Source: Candidatus Poribacteria bacterium
Lineage (GTDB): Bacteria; Poribacteria; WGA-4E; PCPOR2b
Direction: 5' to 3'
DNA length: 64,000 bases
Assembly: GCA_965116925.1 (NCBI GenBank)
Contig: OZ220744.1
Span: forward strand, 5,536,001 to 5,600,000
This document shows positions 8,998 to 19,656 of this stretch, one piece after another. The stretch's first letter is position 1. Every line of letters begins with the position of its first letter. The translations under genes and the position numbers were made by a program. The notes beneath the pieces were generated by a model that saw only the letters and a program-made list of their open reading frames with translations, searched no databases and was not told the DNA's origin.

Positions 8998-11253
8998 TTA
9001 GAGATTCCAGAGGTAAGAGACCTTGAACACGACGACCCTATCGCCTAACTGTAATTCCCCTTCATCGGTGTGCCAATCTTCATTATACGCAAGGAAAATA
9101 TGGCTTTTGGGGCTATATTCCCAACCGAAGAGGGTGCTGACCAGATAGTTTTCTTCGGTCTCGATCTGATTAAAAGCGGTGCGCTCACGTCCGGCTTGTG
9201 CAAACACCCTGAGAAATAGATCTCGTGTAAACAGATAGGTGACGCGCAGAGAACTCGTGAAATAGCGTCCATCAATGACATCCTCTTGGGTCAAGCTTAG
9301 GGCATATCCACTTTCAAGGTCAATCGTGAAATTGCTCTGGGGGCGAATAGTGGTTGAGAGGGAAAGCAGCCGTTGCTTCCCTACCGCCTGCCGTGAGAAA
9401 TTGAAGTAATTTCCTATTCCTCCATCCAAGCCGACCGAAACGGGTCGCGACGTGTTTGTTAAGAGGGATAATTCATATCCGTCTGTCGTAAATATCTCCG
9501 TCAGTTCAACCTCCCGACTGCGTCCATAAGATACGCCAATCCCTTCCCAGAAAGATTCGGTAGGGCGCCAGTCTGCCCCAGCGTTGAAGTTCCAACTGAT
9601 TGAATCCTCGTCAAATTCCGGTGAAAGGGTCAGATCTGGATTATTCTGTTCCCAATCGTCAAAATATGTATTGGTGAATAGATCCTGGGAAACCTTGCCA
9701 CGAACCTGGAAAGCAGCCCGATGTGGTCCGAACCGAGGAATATAGGTTCCCATGAAATTCATTTGCTGCCAACCTCGATATCTCTCTTTGCGAAGGAATC
9801 CTGTCTCATTCGCTTCAAATAGGGGATCGATTCGTTCTAGTCGCACTCTGGTATTCCAGAGGTAATTGCTTTGAGCGAGTTCAACGAGGTACGCTCTATT
9901 CTTTGCATTTTCGTTGGGATTCCCTATATCTTCACTGGGATTAAAACTCATCGCATATTGTCCCGATAACCGATAGGTTTTCAGAAAGAACAGATCTGTG
10001 TCGAATCCGCCCACTCGACCGTAGCCATCTTCCGCATCAAGGTGCTCTTTGTTGGCGAAGATCAGTCCAACAGTGGAACGTTGCAGGATATCTTTCTTCA
10101 GCCTGACAGTCGAATATAACGCTTCCTCCTTGGATTCTGATTCTTGACCAATTTCCAGTGCCCCGAAACTGCCCGTTTGACTTCCGAGGATACCGAGAGA
10201 ATAACTGCCGATCTTGCCGGTCATTTTGCCACCCCAGAGGATGTCCCCCTCTCTGCCGATCCGCCGACTATAAAAGAGTTCCAGCGGTGTTTCAAAAAAG
10301 CTGTTTCCTTCAACAAAGAAAGGACGTCGCTCCGGAAAACGGGTCGGGAAACGGGTCAGGTTGATCTCCAACTGATCCGCCTCTACTTGTGCGAAATCCG
10401 GGTTGACAGTGACATTTGTCTTGAGTGTGCTGGTCAGGTTATACTGAACATCAAGCCCTGTCCCCAATTGACCATCAAGTGATTCCTTGTCGGACACCCC
10501 ACCCAGAAGATAGGGCGAGATTTCAAACGGTTTAGCCCCGCCAATATCCTTTAGTCCGACCATAAGCCCTAAGTCGGACATCCGCGTGGTCGCCCCGGCT
10601 TGGGTCATCTGCTTCCAAACGGTGACCTCATTTTTTCGCCGATGCACCCGTTCAACGTCAAAGCCCCACACCTGCTCCGACTTATCGGGGAAGCGGAAAT
10701 TTGCGAACGGGATCTTGAATTCAGCAACCCACCCCTGTTCATCAATACCTGTTTCTAACCACCAGATGCCTCTCCAACTGGAGTCAGATCGGATGTCGTC
10801 GAAACGGTACGCATCGCTCTGGACGCCGCCGGGGGTGGTCGCAAACTTATAGCCGGTGCGATGGTCATGGTGTGGGTCCATAAAAAAGGATATGACGTCT
10901 GAGTCGTAGATGTTCCCACCGCGCCGCACAATGCGGTTGACAACTTTATCAGGTTCGGCATCATAACACCGAAAGGCGACGTAGAGGTGGTGCGGGTCGT
11001 AAGCGATGTAAAACGCCGTATCATCGGTGGCGGGTTTGCCCCGATCTGGCACGAGTTGAATGAAGCCGCTTATCGGTTTTGCCTTTTGCCACGCGGGATC
11101 GTCGAGTTTTCCGTCGATCTTCGGAGCGGGAACGTCCCGATTCACGGGATAGGCTTCTACAACGTACTTTGCCGATCCAGATTCGTGTGCACACAAAGTC
11201 CCGGCAAAAAGGATGAGAAGGACAACAACATTAACGAAGATCCATTTGGGCAT
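8998..11253 (-). CDS. Secreted/outer-membrane CBM9-like plus DUF5916-type protein
   Basis: Signal peptide; PKIDGKLDDPAW CBM9-like start; NPDFAQVEAD and ERRPFFVEG motifs; C-terminal beta-barrel-like aromatic end. Confidence 0.8.
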   Translation of the reverse strand: MPKWIFVNVVVLLILFAGTLCAHESGSAKYVVEAYPVNRDVPAPKIDGKLDDPAWQKAKPISGFIQLVPDRGKPATDDTAFYIAYDPHHLYVAFRCYDAEPDKVVNRIVRRGGNIYDSDVISFFMDPHHDHRTGYKFATTPGGVQSDAYRFDDIRSDSSWRGIWWLETGIDEQGWVAEFKIPFANFRFPDKSEQVWGFDVERVHRRKNEVTVWKQMTQAGATTRMSDLGLMVGLKDIGGAKPFEISPYLLGGVSDKESLDGQLGTGLDVQYNLTSTLKTNVTVNPDFAQVEADQLEINLTRFPTRFPERRPFFVEGNSFFETPLELFYSRRIGREGDILWGGKMTGKIGSYSLGILGSQTGSFGALEIGQESESKEEALYSTVRLKKDILQRSTVGLIFANKEHLDAEDGYGRVGGFDTDLFFLKTYRLSGQYAMSFNPSEDIGNPNENAKNRAYLVELAQSNYLWNTRVRLERIDPLFEANETGFLRKERYRGWQQMNFMGTYIPRFGPHRAAFQVRGKVSQDLFTNTYFDDWEQNNPDLTLSPEFDEDSISWNFNAGADWRPTESFWEGIGVSYGRSREVELTEIFTTDGYELSLLTNTSRPVSVGLDGGIGNYFNFSRQAVGKQRLLSLSTTIRPQSNFTIDLESGYALSLTQEDVIDGRYFTSSLRVTYLFTRDLFLRVFAQAGRERTAFNQIETEENYLVSTLFGWEYSPKSHIFLAYNEDWHTDEGELQLGDRVVVFKVSYLWNL

Positions 11254-11319
11254 TAATCACGCTCCTTATAGCGTATTTTAGACTGCAGCTTTACTGTTTC
11301 CAATATCAGAATTCCTATT

Positions 11320-11457
11320 TATGGTAGATTTTAGAATTAATGAGACACCTTCGATGCACAGCCAACCCCCTAAATCCCCCTTATCAGGGGGACTTTGGAA
11401 ACTTCGCTAGGGACGGAATTATTGGTAAATGTCTACTTATTTCTCTAATTCACCCTA
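11320..11457. mobile_element. MITE-like element, family M1 (short variant)
   Basis: Ends TATGGTAGATTTTAGAATTAATGAGACAC and TGTCTACTTATTTCTCTAATTCACCCTA match the termini of 44407-44631 and 47150-47369, but the interior is different. Confidence 0.65.
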
Positions 11458-11486
11458 GATTATACTAAAGTTAGTATAATTTTTCA

Positions 11487-11732
11487 GTAGGTTGGGTTGA
11501 ACGGTACACAAGCAAACGGTAGCATGATAAAGACAACCAACGGTTTCAGACAGATACCAATGCACAGAACACCATAGAGAAACCCAACACACGGCAACGC
11601 CTGACCTGACACCGCCTCTTAGGAAGTTGGGTTTCGCTGATATTCGTGGCACTGCGGGCAACCACCAAAGTTGAGAACATCTTTGATCGAAACCGAAGGT
11701 ATTTCTTCAGGAATCCGCTCAACCCAACCTAC
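11487..11732. repeat. Long REP-bounded inverted-repeat element
   Basis: GTAGGTTGGGTTGAACGG ... CCGCTCAACCCAACCTAC; related sequence at about 41213-41314. Confidence 0.65.
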
Positions 11733-11859
11733 GATGTGCGGTTATTTTTCTCTTAGTTCCCCTTTGGTAGCAAACTCACAGAAAAATATCAAAGGATTTG
11801 ACAATTCAGCATCAAGCCAGCTTAAATCGGCCAAACTTTAGTAGATTATACAAACACAT

Positions 11860-12945
11860 TTAAAGCCGATAGAATTCCCTCGCATTTTCGGACAGAATCT
11901 TGCGTGCCAGTGACGTGGGTAGCTTTGCGGGGAAAGCCTCTTCGGGGGAATCGAAGTGCCAGTGGGGATAGTCTGTTGAAAACATCAGAAAGTCGTCCGA
12001 GTCGAGTTGACCGATAATCTGAAGCAGTTGCTCCGCAGTTGGCGGTCCATCAATTGGCTGGAGCGTCATGCGCATGTGTTCTCGGATATATGCCGACGGT
12101 AGCCGTTTGACCCACGGGGTAAGATGTCGCAGCCCACGCCACTCCTTGTCAAACCGCCACATGAGCGATGGCATCCATGTGAACCCCGCTTCGATGAGTG
12201 CCACCCGCAGGGATGGGAACTTGTCAAAAACTCCCTCTGATACTAGACTCAGCACCTGTGCCTGAAACACCTGCGACATACCAACATATTCCTCCAGATA
12301 GGTTGAGGGCCAACCGACCGATGTCGGTGGAAGCCCCGGTGCTCCGCCGTAATGGACCCCAACTACCAGATCATGGCGCACCGCAGCGGTGTAGATCGGG
12401 TGATAGCGTCGATTGCCATAAGGTGCCTGTGAACGCACCGGCAGCATCACCTGCACAAAGCCCGGATGCTCCCCTAGACGCTCAATTTCTTTGGCTGCGA
12501 GTTGAGGGTTTTGGCTCGGTACAATCAATGATCCCCGCAGGCGCGGTTCAGGGTCAAGCCAATGTTCGATCTGCCAATCATTGACCGCCGAGGCGAGTGC
12601 CGCCGCTAAGTCCTCGTTGTGTACGCTCTGTACGCGATAGGCGCAGGTCAGTATGCCGTACTCGATTCCCCAAGGGTCAAGTGCGTGTTCGCGTAGCAGT
12701 GCCAGATCCGATTGGGGACGATCCTCTGACGGTTCCGTGATTTCGGGTCGCGTTGAAGTTGGTGCGCCCTCTGGATAGTCGTTCGCATCGGGACCGAAAA
12801 AGCCGGATTCTTCGCAGTGATCGCACCAGTAGTCCGGCAGATACGGGTAGAGCATTTCAAGTGACGGGGTTCGGTTGTGGAGGTCACAGTCAATTACGGG
12901 TAACCCCGCTGCCACGACATTCGGTTTTCCATTCTCCATTCCCAT
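11860..12945 (-). CDS. Amidohydrolase-2 family protein
   Basis: IDCDLH metal motif; FSTDYPHWHFD; ENAREFY. Confidence 0.9.
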   Translation of the reverse strand: MGMENGKPNVVAAGLPVIDCDLHNRTPSLEMLYPYLPDYWCDHCEESGFFGPDANDYPEGAPTSTRPEITEPSEDRPQSDLALLREHALDPWGIEYGILTCAYRVQSVHNEDLAAALASAVNDWQIEHWLDPEPRLRGSLIVPSQNPQLAAKEIERLGEHPGFVQVMLPVRSQAPYGNRRYHPIYTAAVRHDLVVGVHYGGAPGLPPTSVGWPSTYLEEYVGMSQVFQAQVLSLVSEGVFDKFPSLRVALIEAGFTWMPSLMWRFDKEWRGLRHLTPWVKRLPSAYIREHMRMTLQPIDGPPTAEQLLQIIGQLDSDDFLMFSTDYPHWHFDSPEEAFPAKLPTSLARKILSENAREFYRL

Positions 12946-12992
12946 TTCTTTCGCTCTTTTCGCTGTACGCCCATGTTAAGACTTTAGTGCAA

Positions 12993-13026
12993 AGAAACCG
13001 AGTTTTCAAGAAAAAACTCGGTTTCT
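12993..13026. repeat. 34-bp palindrome, identical to 39428-39461
   Basis: AGAAACCGAGTTTTCAAGAAAAAACTCGGTTTCT; both copies are preceded by CATGTTAAGA. Confidence 0.8.
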
Positions 13027-13180
13027 CTTTAGATGTTCAAACATTTTTAGGATACCAGTTTGCGCCTTGTTTGTCAACATGAAATGGGGGTTGAATCTAC
13101 GGCTGATATGGCAGGTCTGATGCGAGGTCATCAGCGAATAATCTGCGGTATTATTGAGCTCCATTCGCAGCGGAAAAGTG

Positions 13181-13209
13181 TTGACGGTTCTCTCAGATTT
13201 TGCTATTCT
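13181..13209 (+). promoter_or_regulatory. Putative sigma70 promoter
   Basis: TTGACG-N17-TATTCT with TGn extended -10, upstream of the ORF at 13294. Confidence 0.5.
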
Positions 13210-13293
13210 ATACTTCGCTACAAAGAGACACCGAAATGGCTAACGGTTCTATATGCCACATAATCTATCAACGAACAATTGTAGAGATGAGTA

Positions 13294-14979
13294 ATGGTCC
13301 CCATTGAGGCAGAAATCGAATATCTGCGCCAGAGGGCGCGAATTCCGGTGCAGGTACGGCAGCAACTCGATCAGATGGTATCGGAAATAGAGCGGCTTCG
13401 GGCAGCGGGTGAACTCGGTGATGATACCGATGGAATACTTAGTCACTGGTTCGACGAACTCGTGGCAGGACGACTCACTGAGAAACAGGCGCGAGCGATT
13501 CCGGGTCAGCTGGTGGCTGCCAGAGATCTGATGCTATCCGCATTTGCCGAGATGGAACGAGCACCAGAGGTTGATAAGGACAACCTTTACAATTTGCTTG
13601 CCTTCGTTTTCAAATCGAGCGACATTGAAGGGGTTGCTCAACTCGTTATTCAAGTGTATCAGATTGGACTTAGGATCGATATAGACCAGATTCAGGCATT
13701 CCTGAATCCCTTCCTCCATCGGAATTCAATCGACGAAATCATACGCCGCTTGGATAAGCTTGGACAGTGGATGACGCAGTTTGAAGGTCGGAACTATGAG
13801 GGTGTGATGTTCACCCCGGTGGTGACCCGTTATTTGGCAGAACACTCAGATTTTGATGCAGCCCTAGCAGAGTTTGATCGGCTCCGAACGGAAACGTTGA
13901 AAGGGCGATTCCTGCTGGACAACGAACTCCAGAGAGATCTGGAATTCCTCCGGTTCGCTCACTTGGAAGCAAATCTCAATGGAGGACGAAGGGGCAGCGA
14001 CGAGCAGTACGCTGCCTTCAAGGCACTACCGGTGCTGCCGTCAGCTTGCCAAGAGACAGTCGAACTGAGTGAGGAGCATCTCGCCCAAGCGAAGCGTTAC
14101 GGCTATCAAGCTGCGTGTTTCCTGCAATTTCTCAGATACTTCAGAGATAAGACATCAAGGCCAATCGTGGTGGTTGGGAATGATCGCTATGGCAGACAGT
14201 GGGTTGTTGAACCGCTTCAGGACTATCTGAAGGACGATTTCACGCTCCGGTATGACCGCGTTCGATCCCACACGTCGTTTAGGCTCAGGGTGCCTCACGA
14301 GGTGGAGGGTAAGGTGCGGACAGGCTTTCCCCAAGATTTCGTCAGGGAGTTGAGTGAGAATATGCCGCACGTGGTTATCGTTGATGCTCGTAATCCAGTT
14401 AGGGGACCTGGCATGATGAAGATGTCGCGAGGGGCACGCGACTATGTGAACTGGTTTATGGTCTTTAACGACATCCGGGCGGAGGGCGATATCTCCAAGT
14501 ATGAACATGAGGGTGCGGTGCCCCACCTACCGGAGCTAAGGAAGTGGTACGAATTTGACCTCGTGAGGCGATTGATAAAGCCGTGGGTGAAACCTGGCTC
14601 AACGTACAAGATTACCCACTGGGCACCGGAGTTGAAGGAGTACGTGATGCTTGGGGATTTCGCTATGCGGGCAGAGCATCCCGACCCGTCGAGCGATAAG
14701 CCGCAGGTTGTCATGTCGAATGCCGACATTTATAGAACTGAGGGCGATGGCCTCTACGAGACGCTTCAGGGTACGCAGCCGTACTACTTCGATGGACCGG
14801 AGAAGTATGTGAAAGAAACAGTGGAATTCGGATTTGGGGAGTATGGATTGGAGACCCGCGTGAAAGGGTCTACAACTGATGAATTCGTTGCAAGGGTACA
14901 ACAGGAGATCACTGCCGAAGTCGGGAGGCTATTGCAAAGCAACGCAGTGCCCGCAGACGGGGTAATAGAACGACCATAG
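13294..14979 (+). CDS. Hypothetical protein (helical N-terminus; possible PRTase-like C-terminal half)
   Basis: 561-aa ORF with upstream promoter; IVVVGNDRYG and HVVIVD segments resemble phosphoribosyltransferase strands. Confidence 0.75.
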   Translation: MVPIEAEIEYLRQRARIPVQVRQQLDQMVSEIERLRAAGELGDDTDGILSHWFDELVAGRLTEKQARAIPGQLVAARDLMLSAFAEMERAPEVDKDNLYNLLAFVFKSSDIEGVAQLVIQVYQIGLRIDIDQIQAFLNPFLHRNSIDEIIRRLDKLGQWMTQFEGRNYEGVMFTPVVTRYLAEHSDFDAALAEFDRLRTETLKGRFLLDNELQRDLEFLRFAHLEANLNGGRRGSDEQYAAFKALPVLPSACQETVELSEEHLAQAKRYGYQAACFLQFLRYFRDKTSRPIVVVGNDRYGRQWVVEPLQDYLKDDFTLRYDRVRSHTSFRLRVPHEVEGKVRTGFPQDFVRELSENMPHVVIVDARNPVRGPGMMKMSRGARDYVNWFMVFNDIRAEGDISKYEHEGAVPHLPELRKWYEFDLVRRLIKPWVKPGSTYKITHWAPELKEYVMLGDFAMRAEHPDPSSDKPQVVMSNADIYRTEGDGLYETLQGTQPYYFDGPEKYVKETVEFGFGEYGLETRVKGSTTDEFVARVQQEITAEVGRLLQSNAVPADGVIERP

Positions 14980-15043
14980 TTTTGAGAATAGCACGAGCGA
15001 TAACCCTAAACATAGTAATCGCACCGGTTTTTCCTGCAACGAT

Positions 15044-15072
15044 TTGCTTATTTTGGTGCGGTTCGGTATAAT
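15044..15072 (+). promoter_or_regulatory. Putative sigma70 promoter of the dehydrogenase operon
   Basis: TTGCTT-N17-TATAAT. Confidence 0.55.
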
Positions 15073-15177
15073 AGGAGATTGCATGATGCCAAGCCGCATA
15101 ATTTGTAGCGCAGAATATTTACATTAATAGCGTGTCGTAATACACATTACAACTTATTAACTCTAGGAGACCTACTT

Positions 15178-16158
15178 ATGGACCTGTCACCTGAATTAGG
15201 TAAGAAGATGTACAGAGATATGTGGCGTATCCGGCTCTTTGAGGAAGAGGCGAATCGCCAGACAAGTCTCGGTTCCGTGGTCGGTGCACTTCACATGTAC
15301 TGTGGGGAGGAAGCGGTCGCCGTTGGTGTCTGTGGCAACCTCCGAGACGACGATTATGTTCTCGGTACACACCGCAGCCACGGTCACTGTTTAGCCAAAG
15401 GTGCTGAATCACACCGTATGATGGCAGAACTTTTTGGCAAAGCCACGGGGACGTGCGCTGGAAAAGGTGGTTCGATGCACATCGCTGATTTTTCTCTCAA
15501 CATGCTCGGTGCCAACGGCATTGTCGGTGCCGGTATTGCGCCCGCCACCGGTGCTGCGCTCGCCAGCAAGTTGCGTGGAACAGATCAGGTATCGGTGTGT
15601 TTCTTTGGCGATGGTGCGGCTGCACGCGGTACTTTCCACGAAGGGATTGGACTTGGGGCTTTGTGGAAACTTCCTGTTATCTATGTCTGCGAGAACAACC
15701 AGTACCAGCAGTGGGTGCCTCGCATGAATGTGGCGGTGCTCGATTCGGTCGCTGATATGGCGGGATCTTATGCGATCCCCGGTGTGTCCGTCAATGGTCA
15801 GGATCTCGTAGAGGTCTACGAGGTTGCCGGTGAGGCAGTCGCACGCGCTCGCAGAGGCGAGGGACCAACGTTGATTGAAGCACGAACCTACCGCTTCTAT
15901 GGACACAGTTTGGGAGACGAGGAGCAGTATCGATCCTCCAAAGAGGTTGAAGAGATGAGGACGAACCATGACCCAATCGCCACCTTCCGATCGACGATGA
16001 TGGATCAGGGATGGTTGACCGAAGAGGAGGACACGCAAATCCAGAACGAGGTTAAAGATGAGATTGCCGAGGCGGTCAGATTTGCCGATGAGAGTCCGTT
16101 CCCGACGCCTGATAACGTCACCACGGATGTGCTCGCCCCTGAGCAGGAGGTAGCATAA
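15178..16158 (+). CDS. TPP-dependent 2-oxoacid/acetoin dehydrogenase E1 alpha
   Basis: THRSHGH, GKGGSMH, GDGA...ENN TPP-binding motif, TYRFYGHS. Confidence 0.93.
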   Translation: MDLSPELGKKMYRDMWRIRLFEEEANRQTSLGSVVGALHMYCGEEAVAVGVCGNLRDDDYVLGTHRSHGHCLAKGAESHRMMAELFGKATGTCAGKGGSMHIADFSLNMLGANGIVGAGIAPATGAALASKLRGTDQVSVCFFGDGAAARGTFHEGIGLGALWKLPVIYVCENNQYQQWVPRMNVAVLDSVADMAGSYAIPGVSVNGQDLVEVYEVAGEAVARARRGEGPTLIEARTYRFYGHSLGDEEQYRSSKEVEEMRTNHDPIATFRSTMMDQGWLTEEEDTQIQNEVKDEIAEAVRFADESPFPTPDNVTTDVLAPEQEVA

Positions 16159-17129
16159 TGAGAGAACTAACTTTCAGTGAGGCATTACGAGAAGCACTGC
16201 ACGAGGAGATGGAACGTGATGAGACGATATTCGTCATCGGCGAAGATGTCATTACGCACGGTGGACCTTACAAGGTAACGGATGGCATTGCGGAACGTTT
16301 CCCGGAACGGATTTTCGAGACGCCGATCGCAGAGGCGGGGATTATGGGTGTAGGGGTCGGTGCCGCTATGGCGGGGATGAACCCTGTGGTCGAGATCATG
16401 TACATGGATTTCGTGACCTGCGCCATGGACGAAGTGGTCAATCAAGCGGCAAAGATGCGCTACATGACGGGCGGTCAAGCGAGTGTGCCGATGGTCATTC
16501 GCCTACCGTGTGGCGTCGGTCGGTTGCTAGCGGCGCAGCATTCGCAGATCATGGAATCGTGGTTTATGCACGTTCCGGGGTTACAGGTTGTCGTGCCTTC
16601 GACACCCGGCGACGCCAAGGGGTTGCTCAAATCCGCAATACGCAGCCCTGACCCGGTGCTGTTTTTCGAGTACAAACGGATCTATACCTCTAGGGGTGAA
16701 GTACCGGATGGGGATCATACCATACCCCTCGGTCAAGCTAAGATCTATCGTGAGGGAGAGGATGCAACTGTCGTTGCCATTGGTCCGATGGTACAGAAGT
16801 CGCTGGAAGCAGCCGTACTGTTAGAGGACGACGGCTATGATGTTGAGGTTGTAGACGCAAGGAGCCTGTCACCGTTGGATACCGAGACGATTTGTGAGTC
16901 GGTAAGCCGGACGGGTCATGCCGTCGTCTGCGGGGAGGACTCTAGCTTTGCTGGGGCGGCCTCCGAGATAGCAGCGATGATCGGTGAAAACTGTTTCAGA
17001 GACCTCAAGGGACCAGTCGTTCGGGTTGGGAGCCCACATGTGCCAATGCCGTTCAGTTCGGAACTGGTCAAGCATGTTGTGCCTGAGGTTCCTGATATCA
17101 CTGAAGCGGTTAGTCGCGTAATGACCTAG
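16158..17129 (+). CDS. 2-oxoacid/acetoin dehydrogenase E1 beta
   Basis: GEDV, ETPIAEAG, NQAAKMRYM, AAQHSQ; TAATG overlap with E1 alpha. Confidence 0.93.
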   Translation: MRELTFSEALREALHEEMERDETIFVIGEDVITHGGPYKVTDGIAERFPERIFETPIAEAGIMGVGVGAAMAGMNPVVEIMYMDFVTCAMDEVVNQAAKMRYMTGGQASVPMVIRLPCGVGRLLAAQHSQIMESWFMHVPGLQVVVPSTPGDAKGLLKSAIRSPDPVLFFEYKRIYTSRGEVPDGDHTIPLGQAKIYREGEDATVVAIGPMVQKSLEAAVLLEDDGYDVEVVDARSLSPLDTETICESVSRTGHAVVCGEDSSFAGAASEIAAMIGENCFRDLKGPVVRVGSPHVPMPFSSELVKHVVPEVPDITEAVSRVMT

Positions 17130-17151
17130 TACGAGGAGAAAGGGAGAATTC

Positions 17152-18711
17152 ATGGCAATACAGTTCCGTTTAGCGGCTCTCGGTCATACGATGGAAACGG
17201 GTCGCGTCGTTGAGTGGCATATAGCCGAAGGTAGCAGAATCGAGGAGGGGGAGCTGCTCGTATCGATTGAAACAGACAAGGCTGTCGCTGATATTGAGTC
17301 ACCGGTCAGTGGTGTACTGTTACGCATCGTCGGTCAGGTTGATGGCGTGTACGACGTTGGCGCAACCCTCGCTTGGTTTGGGGAAGAGGGGGAAGCGGTG
17401 CCGGACGAACCCGCAGACCAAGCCCAAGCACCTGCTGCAAAGCCCGCTGCCGAATCACGGGCGACGCCTGTTGCTTTGCGACTTGCCCAACGGCACGGCA
17501 TAGATGCTGAAGCACTACAAGGAACGGGTCCGGGTGGACGGGTTACTAAGGAGGACGTGCAGCGGGCTATTGATGACGGTACTGCCACCCCAGCAGAAGC
17601 CTCCACCGGAACCCCTGCTGTGGAACAAGCTGCCGGATCGCGAGTGACCCCTGTCGCCTTACGACTTGCCCAACGGCACGGTGTAGATGCCGAGGCACTG
17701 CAAGGTACAGGTCCGGGTGGACGGGTCATCAAGGAAGATGTACAACGTGCCATTGATGAGGGCACTACCACTCCAGTAGAAGCACCCACCGAAGCTCCTG
17801 CTGCGGGGCAAACTACCGGATCGCGAGTGACCCCTGTCGCTTTACGGCTTGCCCAACGGCACGGTGTAGATGCCGAAGCATTACAGGGTACAGGTCCGGG
17901 TGGACGGGTTACCAAGGAAGATGTACAGCGTGCCGTTGATGAGGGTGCTGCCACTCCAGTAGAAGCACCGAGGGAGACGCCAGCGCCTAGCCCGATAGCA
18001 CAGCCTAAGGAGCCGGCTGCAGGCGTTGAGGTTATTCCGCTTGCTGGCATCCGTCGTATCACCGCTGAACGTTTGGGAACAATTTGGTCTCAAGCACCGC
18101 ATGTCACAGAGGGGATCGAGGTCGATTTTACCGCGCTCCAAGCCGCACGTACGGCAAATGCGGAGGCGTGGCGCAATGCTTATGGGGTTGCACCGACGCT
18201 TAACGACTTTGTGCTGAAAGCGACCGCCGAGGCGTTGAAAGCACACCCTCAACTCAACGCAGCGTTGATTGACGATGCGATACATCAGTATAGCGGCATC
18301 AATTTAGGGGTTGCCATTGACATCGAGTCTGGGTTGGTCGTGCCGGTGGTTCGCAGCGTTGACACGCTTGGCGTGATTGCGCTCGCAAATCAAGTCAGGG
18401 AACTCGCGGATCGCGCTCGGAACGGAAAGTTGGGGCTTGATGACTTTAGCGGCGGTACGTTCACGGTGACGAATCTTGGTGGTCTTGGTGTGGATTGGTT
18501 TACGCCGGTTCTCAACCCACCCCAGTGTGCGATACTCGGAGTGGGTCGGGTCCGTGAAGCTGCTGTGGTGGCAGATAGATCCATTCAGTTCCGAGATGTG
18601 GCGACGCTGGTTCTTACCTTTGACCATCGAGCGATCGACGGTGCTCCCTGTGCACGCTTCCTGGCAGATTTACGCGCACGCATTGAGGATCCAGAGCAGC
18701 TGCTGCCTTAG
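17152..18711 (+). CDS. Dihydrolipoamide acyltransferase E2 with three peripheral-subunit-binding domains
   Basis: Lipoyl motif ETDKA; three copies of TPVALRLAQRHG...GTGPGGRV.KEDV; catalytic TFDHRAIDG. Confidence 0.93.
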   Translation: MAIQFRLAALGHTMETGRVVEWHIAEGSRIEEGELLVSIETDKAVADIESPVSGVLLRIVGQVDGVYDVGATLAWFGEEGEAVPDEPADQAQAPAAKPAAESRATPVALRLAQRHGIDAEALQGTGPGGRVTKEDVQRAIDDGTATPAEASTGTPAVEQAAGSRVTPVALRLAQRHGVDAEALQGTGPGGRVIKEDVQRAIDEGTTTPVEAPTEAPAAGQTTGSRVTPVALRLAQRHGVDAEALQGTGPGGRVTKEDVQRAVDEGAATPVEAPRETPAPSPIAQPKEPAAGVEVIPLAGIRRITAERLGTIWSQAPHVTEGIEVDFTALQAARTANAEAWRNAYGVAPTLNDFVLKATAEALKAHPQLNAALIDDAIHQYSGINLGVAIDIESGLVVPVVRSVDTLGVIALANQVRELADRARNGKLGLDDFSGGTFTVTNLGGLGVDWFTPVLNPPQCAILGVGRVREAAVVADRSIQFRDVATLVLTFDHRAIDGAPCARFLADLRARIEDPEQLLP

Positions 18712-18824
18712 ACGCTGCCGCGACACTCGTTGCTGATGCATGTGAGCTCTCCGTAATTCCGTCAAGATTTATCAATCTTACTGACAAGCCCCTTTTATTT
18801 TTGTCCCAGTCTTTAAGGTGTGGG

Positions 18825-19565
18825 TTATTCTGGCACATAAGGCGAGATTTCACTGGGTTCGGGTTCAAGCACGTCAGAAGTCGGTTGATCTGCCTTCAGT
18901 TTAAGCCTGATAACCGAACCATCATCATCGCTGATTAACTCAAGCATGTCTCCATCTCTGCTCCAGGTGCCTGTTATCACTTCGTCAGGGAAGAAGAAAT
19001 CTTCGCTTTCGCCAGGCTGCGCTTCTTCGATGGGGTAGTCAAGGTCATCGAGTAACGGTTCATCACTTTCTGCTAATATATCGGCATCAGGGGCACCAGA
19101 GGGTGGATTGTTCGCCGCGCCAGGGTCAGCGGCCGATGATGGTAAGTCGTGAGGATGGTCGAGTGCGCCCCTTCTGGCAGGGGTAGACAACAGTTCGGTG
19201 ATTGAGAGTTGGAATCTGTTATCTGGCAGCAGTTTATAATCGCCTTCGAGCCGGGACACATGTTTCCAGTATAAAACGCCGTAAGGGTATTGAAACTCAA
19301 CTTCGATAGCGAAGTTAAGTGTCCATGTATAATCCGCGAAGAACACCACCTCATTTTCCAGAATGGAGATAATGGTTGTTTTATCAGGGGTCGCTGTTTG
19401 TGGATCATCAATCGCATCAATAGGATAGCCATAGCCATCGGCAGATTCGATTCGCCATACGCCAACCCATTCATTGGCTTGATCATCGAGCAGATACTTC
19501 TCCAAGCCACACCCTACAAAAACTAACATCATTGATATCAGCAACGCTAAATAGATACGCATCAT
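18825..19565 (-). CDS. Lipoprotein (lipocalin-like, acidic insert)
   Basis: Start moved to 19565 (AAGGAG RBS); signal peptide with lipobox FVGC; WVGVW...GTWSRDGD. Confidence 0.7.
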   Translation of the reverse strand: MMRIYLALLISMMLVFVGCGLEKYLLDDQANEWVGVWRIESADGYGYPIDAIDDPQTATPDKTTIISILENEVVFFADYTWTLNFAIEVEFQYPYGVLYWKHVSRLEGDYKLLPDNRFQLSITELLSTPARRGALDHPHDLPSSAADPGAANNPPSGAPDADILAESDEPLLDDLDYPIEEAQPGESEDFFFPDEVITGTWSRDGDMLELISDDDGSVIRLKLKADQPTSDVLEPEPSEISPYVPE

Positions 19566-19656
19566 TATGCTCCTTGTATCAAATTTTGTGTTTTTATCGA
19601 AAGCCCTAAATAATCCAAACGACGAGACACAAAATGCCAAGCAGATCCCTCACCCG

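Noticed and set aside
15409..18062. Long antisense ORFs (15409-16038, 17334-18062)
   Set aside because: Shadows of the well-supported E1 and E2 genes; no recognisable motifs.
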